Assembly: GCF_000002865.3 (NCBI RefSeq)
Contig: NW_001865083.1
Coordinates: 39,585 to 91,038 of the forward strand
Length of the DNA stretch: 51,454 bases
Source: Monosiga brevicollis MX1
Taxonomy: Eukaryota
Direction of reading: 5' to 3'
The position numbers were made by a program, and so were the translations under genes. The notes beneath the pieces are model-generated. The model had not been told where the DNA came from and ran no database searches. It saw nothing but the letters and a program-made list of their open reading frames with translations. Shown piece by piece: positions 43,288 to 51,454 of the stretch. Each line of letters begins with the position of its first letter. Within the stretch, counting starts at the first letter, position 1.

Positions 43288-46200
43288 ATGGTGTCGCCTT
43301 GGGTCGTGTGCAGTCTACTTGTGGTGATGGGACCAGCAGTGGTTCACGCCGGTGACGAATCAATGATCACGACTGATGCGCAGGGTAACCTCGTTATCAA
43401 CGCCTCGTCAACAGGTGGAGATAAACGAATTTGGATGAACGGAGTCGATGTACTTCGGGAGCTGGCTGAGCTCCGCGAGATCTTGCTGGACCACAAAACA
43501 ACACCGACAACATTGACCCCCAGCACCACGGCCGCTCCCACGAACGCGCCTGTGACGTATACAGGCGATATCGGCTGTGGACTGGAGAACGTGCCCTCGG
43601 ATGTGACGCATATCTTGGGCAACGTCAGCCTGATTTCGTGCCCCCTTCTGACAGCAAATGATCTCCTGCAAGCTTTTGGCAAGCTTGTTCAAGTGAGCGG
43701 GGACTTGACAGTAAGAGTGAGTTTCGATGGAGGATCATTGTCTGTTGTCTGTACATTGATGGGCGCGAACTGTATACCACGTCCCATCCTATTGAGGATT
43801 TCGCGGTGTAGCGATGTGAGCTCATCATCAATGGCTCTGAATGCAATGCGATCATCCCAACTTTCGATGAGCTCATGACATGTGTGAGAGGCACCAATCG
43901 GGAAAGATGAGCAATTTTGAGCGACTCAGTTTGTGCTCTGTTGATGGTTGCAGGACAATGGCGCCCTGATTCATTTGGATGGGCTTGCAACTCTCACCAG
44001 CGTTGGCGGCGATTTGAATATTCGTGTACGTTGTCGCATGAGAGCGCATGGGCTTGATGTGACATGTGTTGACGAGGAGGGCAGCAAACTGGGACGATTG
44101 AGTGTGGGTCTGATGTGATGTGGTTATTCTCTGGCTGTCGCAGAACAATTACAACCTGACCAACGTGGACGGCCTGGGCAATATCACCAGCGTGGGCAGC
44201 TCCTTGAGCATTGGTGTACGTTGTGGCATGAGGGGGCATGAGATTGGTGGACGAGGAGGTCCGCGGACTGAGACGATTGAGTGTGTTTGTGAGGGTCTGA
44301 TGTGATGTGTTGTTTCTCTGGCTATCGCAGAACAATGTCGCCCTGACCAACGTGGACGGCCTGGGCAATATCACCAGCGTTGGCGGCTACTTGAGCATTC
44401 TAGTACGTTGTGGCATGAGAGGGCATGAAATTGACGTGACGTGTGTGAACGAGGAGGTCAGAATTAGATGTGTTTGTGAGGGTCTGATGTGATGTGTTAT
44501 TTTTCTGGCTGGCGCAGGGCAATGGCGCCCTGACCAACGTGGACGGCCTGGGCAATATCACCAGCGTTGGCGACTATTTGAGCATTACGTACGTTGTGGC
44601 ATGAGAGGGGATGAAATTGATGTGACGTGTGTGAACGAGGAGGTCCGTGGACTGGGACAATTGGGTGTGTTATTGACCGTTTGATGTGATGTGTTATTTC
44701 TCTGGCTGTCGCAGAGAAATGCCGCCCTGACCAACGTGGATGGCCTTGGCAGTATCACCAGCATTGGCGACTACTTATACATTGGTGTACGTTGTGGCAT
44801 GAGAGGAAATGAAATTGATGTGTCGTGTGTGGAAGAGCAGGTCCGCGGACTTGGAGAGTTGGATGCGTTTGCGAGGGTCTGATGTGATGTGTCATTTCTC
44901 TGGCTGTCGCAGAACAATGGCGACCTGACCAACGTGGACGGCCTTGGCAATATCACCTGGTTGGCGGCTACTTGAGCATTGCTGTACGTTGTCGCTTGAG
45001 AGGGCCTGAAATTGAGGTGACGTGTGTGGACGAGCAGGTCCGCGGACTGGGAGAATTGGAAGTGTTTGCGAGGGTTGGATGTGATATGTCATTTTTCTGG
45101 CTGGCGCAGGGCAATGACGTCCTGACCAACGTGGACGGCCTGGGCAATATCACCAGCGTTGGTGACTACTTATACATTGGTGTACGTTGTCGCATGAGAG
45201 GAAATGAAATTGATGTGTCGTGTGTGGAAGAGCAGGTCCGCGGACTTGGAGAGTTGGATGTGTTTGCGAGGGTTGGATGTGATGTGTCATTTCTCTGGCT
45301 GTCGCAGAACAATGGCAACCTGACCAACGTGGACGGCCTTGGCAACATCACCAGCGTTGGCGGGTATTTGACCATCTACGTACGTTGACGTATGAGAGGG
45401 GATGAAATTGATGTGACGTGTGTGAACGAGGAGGTCCGTGGACTGGGAGAATTGGGTGTGTTATTGACCGTTTGATGTGATGTGATATTTCTCTGGCTAT
45501 CGCAGAACAATGACGCCTTGACCAACGTGGACGGCCTGGGCAATATCACCCGCGTTGGTGGCTACATGAGCATTGGTGTACGTTGTCGCATGAGACGGCA
45601 TGAAATTGATGTGACGTGTGTGGAAGAGCAGGTCCGCGGACTGTGAGAGTTGGATGTGCGTTTGAGGGTCTTGATGTGATGTGGTATTTTTCTGGCTGTC
45701 GCAGGGCAATGGCGCCCTGACCAACATGGACGGCCTGGGCAATATCACCAGCGTGGGCAGCTCCTTGAGCATTGGTGTACGTTGTGGCATGAGGGGGCAT
45801 GAGATTGGTGGACGAGGAGGTCCGCGGACTGAGACGATTGAGTGTGTTTGTGAGGGTCTGATGTGATGTGTTGTTTCTCTGGCTGTCGCAGGACAATGGC
45901 AACCTGACCAACGTGGACGGCCTGGGCAATATCACCAGCGTTGGCGGCCACTTGAGCATTCAAGTACGTTGACGTATGAGAGGGCATGAAATTGACGTGA
46001 CGCGTGTGGACGAGGAGGTCCGTGGACTGGGACAATTGGGTGTGTTATTGACCGTTTGATGTGATGTGTTATTTCTCTGGCTGTCGCAGAACAATGCCGC
46101 CCTGACCAACGTGGGCGGCCTTGGCAATATCACCAGCGTTGGCGGCGACTTATACATTGGTGTACGTTGTCGCATGAGAGGGGATGAAATTGACGTGACG

Positions 46201-47212
46201 CGTGTGGACGAGGAGGTCCGTGGACTGGGACAATTGGGTGTGTTATTGACCGTTTGATGTGATGTGTTATTTCTCTGGCTGTCGCAGAGAAATGCCGCCC
46301 TGACCAACGTGGACGGCCTTGGCAATATCACCAGCATTGGCGACTACTTGAGCATTGGTGTACGTTGTCGCATGAGAGGGGATGAAATTGATGTGACGTG
46401 TGTGGACGAGGACCGGGACAATTGGGTGTGTTATTGACCGTTTGATGTGATGTGTTATTTCTCTGGCTGTCGCAGAGAAATGCCGCCCTGACCAACGTGG
46501 ACGGCCTTGGCAGTATCACCAGCGTGGGCGACTATTTGAGCATTGGTGTACGTTGTCGCATGAGAGGGGATGAAATTGATGTGACGTGTGTGAACGAGGA
46601 CTGGGACAATTGGGTGTGTTATTGACCGTTTGATGTGATGTGTTATTTCTCTGGCTGTCGCAGAGAAATGCCGCCCTGACCAACGTGGACGGCCTTGGCA
46701 GTATCACCAGCGTGGGCGGCGCTTTGAGCATTTGTGTACGTTGTCGCATGAGAATCAATGAAATTGCCTATGTGACGTTGTGTGAACGATCACAGGGACA
46801 ATTGGGTGTGTTATTGACCGTTTGATGTGATGTGTTATTTCTCTGGCTGTCGCAGAGAAATGCCGCCCTGACCAACGTGGACGGCCTTGGCAGTATCACC
46901 AGCGTGGGCGACTATTTGAGCATTGGTGTCCAACTCTCGCATGAGAGGGGATGAAATTGATGTGACGTGTGTGAACGAGGACTGGGACAATTGGGTGTGT
47001 TATTGACCGTTTGATGTGATGTGTTATTTCTCTGGCTGTCGCAGAGAAATGCCGCCCTGACCAACGTGGACGGCCTTGGCAGTATCACCAGCGTGGGCGG
47101 CGCTTTGAGCATTTGTTCCAACTCTCAACTTGACACATCAATGGTACCTGCCTCTGTTCGATCGTTGGGCACATGCCAACTCATCACGAGCGGAGCTTGC
47201 AGCTCTTGCTGA
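43288..47212 (+). CDS. Secreted receptor-L-domain/LRR-like solenoid protein, locus B (18 exons; two repeat exons are 71 nt and frameshifted)
   Basis: Exon 1 43288-43716 is near-identical to locus A. Repeat exons start at 43954, 44144, 44331, 44518 (71 nt), 44715, 44913 (71 nt), 45110, 45308, 45506, 45705, 45892, 46090, 46288, 46476, 46664 and 46856. Terminal exon 47045-47212 ends ACSSC*. Confidence 0.82.
43954..47116 (+). repeat. Tandem ~187-198-bp exon+intron repeat array (17 repeat-coding exons)
   Basis: Same unit as 5809-7260. Confidence 0.95.
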
Positions 47213-48582
47213 ACTGCTGCAAGTTATTGCTAGCTTTTTTCTGAAGTTTCGGGTTTTGGCTACAAGCTAAGTCCAATTTGACTACAAGCACTGACCGGTT
47301 CAGGAAGCTATCGCTGCCGACGCTGCTTGTTATATCAAATCATCGTAAATCTGTTCACTATGGGCCCGCCGCCCGTAATTGGCAGTGTGCTCTGAATGTT
47401 TCCTTTATATGTTCATGCTCTTTATTGCTCTTCCAAACACAATCGTATCGTTTCACTGATTCCTTAAGGAAGCCAATCTATTGGAGAACAAGCATCGACC
47501 ACCTACCAGAACCTTCTGAAAGGATCCGGTCCCTTTGGCTTGGGTCCATCATGCTCTCCCTCCTCTTCAGTGAGCCGAGCTGAGTTGTCGAGCCAGTGTG
47601 CCAGTTGTCGTGCCAACCGTGAAAACGGATCAAATAAAAATAAAAAATAAAATTTCAAAATGAATCCGGTTGTCAATGCATCCCGAGCCTCCTAGCCGTT
47701 GGCGCCGAGGTCGTCGGCCTTCTCCTTCGACCGTTTTCTTGTTGTCAACCAACAAGTCAATGCGAATTGTCCAACATCAGGACTGTTGGCTGGCGTTGCC
47801 TCTCAAGGTTGAAGATTGCGCTCAGCCCTGCTTCTTGTCATTGCGGCTCGCCGGAACCCTGCGCCCTGGCTGCCCTTTCTCATCACCTGTTGGCTGAACA
47901 ACTTGTCACCCCCAGCCACGCGTCTCTCGACCCTTAAGGATTTCAGTGGTATATGAAAAAAAACAGAACGCCGTGAAAGGTGTATCTCTGAAATGTGTCG
48001 AGATGCGCTCACACTCATCACCGTGAAGGGATTCATGGTCATCACCTCATTTCCCCTCATGACGACGTGTCTGACATTTTCCGCCACGGAGGAACACACT
48101 CTCTACCCGATGCATCGATTCTGATGACATCTCTCAAAAGCCGTTGTATTTAGCTTGTGGAGTTTATGGAAGTCGCCTCGAATCTCTGAAAGTGAGGCAG
48201 GGACACGAGCATCTCTCTTCTTCTCTCTCTCACTGCGAACGCGCGCTCTCTCTCACACATTTTCGACGCCGACGGCTGCGCAGCGGATCGACCACTGGAG
48301 CTGTTTGCGAGATCAAGAGCTCTACCGTCACAGCGTCACAGGGTGCAAGGTGTGCATTTTGCATTCTCCTAGCGCGCGTACTAGCAGAGACCGCTTGCAG
48401 CGTGGGATCGAGTGATGCGTGCGGAGTCTTGTTTGGTGCTGCTGGCCTGCATTTGCTTGTTGGGGCGTGCCTCTTCCGCAGCCGCGCCTGCCGCCGACGC
48501 TTGTGTCGCCGATTCCGCCCGTGGTTGTGCCACCAGCGAGCTTCCAGCTTCATCGCCGGCCAGTGCCCACCCCTACGCCACC

Positions 48583-49878
48583 ATGGCTCTCTTGCGCAAA
48601 GTTCCCGCCGACTCGCTCTTCGTCTCCGAGCCCGACCCCAGCTGGTTTGGCAACGGGCCCAACCCCTCCAGCAACCCTCACTGGACCAACAAAAACTGGT
48701 GCGTGTGCGTCCCCCTCGGGTCCTTCCCGCTTGAAAGAACGACGCTGTGTTTTAAGCTATTGTTGAGTGTGGGTGGATTCACAAGAATGATCAAAATCTT
48801 GATTCTCAACCTTGTGGCTCTCCTGCACACACACATGGCGCGCGTAACAAATGCGCGCATGGGCTAGGCTCAAGTCGCGGTTTCACTTTTCTTTCGCCGA
48901 GTATCATGACCGTGCGCGAAGCCAATTTGGTGTCCTTCGTGTCATGAATGACGATTTGGTCCAGCCCGTCCGTGGGTTTGGCACCCACCCGCATGCCAAC
49001 ATGGTCCGCTCCACCTCCTGCGCACGCCCGGTGCCCTTGCTGCTCCCATGCTCGATCTGACCGCCCTCCTTCTTTCCCGACCCTCAACATAGGAAATCTG
49101 CACCTACATTGTGAGCGGAGATCTGACGCACCAGGACTCGATGGGCACGCGCGAAACTCTGGGTCCGCGTGGCATTCAGTTTATGACAGCCGGCACGGGC
49201 GTGCGCCACAGCGAGTTTAACACCGATGACACTCATCCACTTCGCTTCATTCAAATGTGGATGGTGTGTTGTGCCGGGGTTGCTTTGGTCATTTGTGACG
49301 CGTTCCATCCCGAGCTCCTTTGGAACTACTCTTTTTTTTTCCTTCCAAGCCTCCTACACGTTGATGGGAGCAGACAGCTGATGCGCTTTGAATTTGACTA
49401 GGTACCGCGCTCGCGCAACTTGGAGCCCAACTACGGTTCCATGGTCGGCGATCGGGAGCGTCAGCACAACAAGTGGGCTCATTTGGTGGCTGACGTCAAG
49501 AATACATCGGCAGACACGCCCGTCAAGATCAACCAAGACGCCAACATTTGGGTCACCGTAAGCGTTCACATTGCATTCCTTGCGCTAGAATTTTCATGCG
49601 CGCAGTGCGGCTCATGACTTGGCCCCGTGTGACAGGAGCTGGATGAAGGCAAGGAGAGCACCTTTGAGCTGCGTGAGGGTCGCCAAGCCTACATTCTTTG
49701 CCTCGAGGGTGCGACAACCCTCACGGCAGCTTCAGCAGCCTCTGGCACCAGCGCCCAGGAAAAGCTGGTGGCCCATGATGCCACCCAAGCCTTTGGCGCC
49801 GCTACCCTGACATTTGCAGCGACTGGCAGCGAAGGTGTGCATGTGCTCATGGTGGAGATGGCGGCGGCTCCGCTCTGA
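48583..49878 (+). CDS. Pirin family (YhhW/quercetinase-like) bicupin, multi-exon; possible upstream start at 48415
   Basis: LKSRFHFSFAEY, FGVLRVMNDD, GFGTHPHANM|EICTYIVSGDLTHQDSMG, QFMTAGTGVRHSE, INQDANI. ATG 48583 lies in gccaccATGg context; TGA at 49876-49878. Confidence 0.92.
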
Positions 49879-50084
49879 GCCGTCTTTTTGCCTGTTTTTG
49901 TATTCGAGTTGTCTTTTGATCGATGAATTGCATTTTATACGACATGCATGTACATAATATTTGTAAAGCCAAGAAGGGAATCCTAGCGGGGCGGAAGGTC
50001 ATCTTGCATATCAATTTGATTCGTCTGGACTCGACAGGCTCTCATCCACCCGCGACTCATCTCGCGGCGATTATTTTGGCTCTT

Positions 50085-51210
50085 TTACTTTGATTCTTTT
50101 TGCCACCCCTGGACAGAGCCCAGGAGATGCTCAATGTGGCTTGACTTGTACTCGTCGGGGTATTCTACAATGGCCATGCTATGGGTGCGTAGCACACGGT
50201 TTGCGGAATGGGTGCCACACCAGCAGAGAGGTCAGGCAAGAAGCACACCGAGAAGAAGACGAACGCCTCTGTGTTCACGGATCAATCGATGACGGATCGA
50301 TCGATGCGTTGGACTATGCTCTGGGGTGCCTGGGGCAGGAGACGCACCTGTGGCGGGCCTTTGGAAAGACCACTTCGGAGACGGTGGCGGAGCTACGGGC
50401 GCGAAGATCACGAGCAAAGCTGCGGACGTATTCAAGATCCAAGACTGGGTCGTTGTGACCGTGCATGAGGCAAATGTGGGCGTTGCGAGGGACGACCGAG
50501 GTCTCGCCAAACATTCGGTTGTGATTTTCCTGGAGCCATTTGTCCGTGATGCCCTGGTACTTCACAAAGGGGATGAAGAGGGGGCGGCCGACCGTCTGCC
50601 AGGGCAAGAGAGAAACGGCCGGGTGGAAATGAGGTGATAGCCGGCAGCATATGGGGTTTAGGGTCGGCCTTTGGGGTGTGGGGTTTGGGATCGGACCTTG
50701 AGCCAAGGTTGTTGGAGGGCAAAGGAGGCCCAGCCGGCAAAGGCGTCAAGATCAGCTTTGGGGGGACAGCTATCAAAGGCAATGGCTCGGAGATTGCGTT
50801 CACAAAATTCGCGGCCCATAAAGTTCATGACGTAGAGGGAGATGAAGAAGCTTCCGGAGACGCAGTGGAATAGCATTTCTTGGTCCCGTTCCTGGTGCAG
50901 GCATGAAATCGGGGTTGAGAGTGGTGTGGGATGAGGGCGGGGTGGGGTGGGGCGAGCGACGGCGATGAGGTGCAGGGCAGACCAGGAGAATTTCGGCGAG
51001 CTTGCGGCCGTGTTCGTCTCCATAAGCGGGCCTGGTCATTTCCGTTACTGCAAATGTCCCAAAGTCAAGGGAATGGTTGGTACGGGCGAGAGGGGGAGGA
51101 AGAAGCAGACTAATGGAGGAGGCTTCAGGGCGGGATCGGGTCTGTACCTTTGTGAAACAGGGGCATGGTTTCAAACCCATGTTCTTGGTAGATGGCTTCG
51201 TGCTTGGCCA
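50085..51210 (-). CDS. DUF829/TMEM53-like alpha/beta-hydrolase-fold protein; 5' part unresolved or outside window
   Basis: Exons encode AKHEAIYQEHGF, LFHCVSGS, AIAFDSCP, CLMHGHNDPVL, VVFPKARH|SMAIVEYPDEY..*. Stop at 50087-50085. Confidence 0.65.
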
Positions 51211-51454
51211 TCTGGGGTAAACGCAAGGGGCACGATCGATCGTGGCGCGGTGAGCTGCCGATGCGGGCTGTGCAAGAGGCATTGGCTCGTTTGGGGTGTC
51301 ATGCAGGTTGTCGTCTGATTCAAGAGGGGGTGTAGAGTGGTCGTCTTTCGAGAACACAGAGAGGGTTGGAGGAGATGATGGAAAGCGGGGATCGTGGAGG
51401 GACGGAGAGGGAAGCATGAAGGAGGGAGGGTAGGGATGGGGGGGGGGGGGGCAA

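Overview
Eukaryotic, intron-rich genomic window with short GT-AG introns, many microsatellites and two assembly gaps. The gene content (a kinase-less receptor with tandem SH2 domains and HYR/DUF5011-like repeats) suggests a choanoflagellate such as Monosiga; this is inference. Housekeeping genes: a WW+TBC Rab-GAP (TBC1D16-like), a mitochondrial carrier, proteasome subunit RPN3/PSMD3, a pirin, a DUF829-like hydrolase and a secreted beta-helix protein. Accessory content: (i) seven secreted-protein genes sharing one ~40-aa module (9 copies) that resembles the cubilin N-terminal trimerisation domain, joined to either a 7-bladed FG-GAP propeller (four intronless genes plus one C2-EGF-TNFR-like gene) or a receptor-L-type solenoid; (ii) two solenoid loci built from ~190-198-bp tandem exon+intron units, each carrying one 72-nt phase-0 exon for one 24-aa repeat with variable surface positions (8 vs 17 repeat exons); (iii) a tandem pair of ankyrin genes that also encode one repeat per exon; (iv) a 13-exon type I membrane receptor whose ectodomain starts with a JmjC/cupin 2OG-oxygenase, then a furin site and a Cys/Asp-rich peptide, and whose tail carries Tyr repeats and two SH2 domains. 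All exon models were read by eye and need RNA-seq confirmation.
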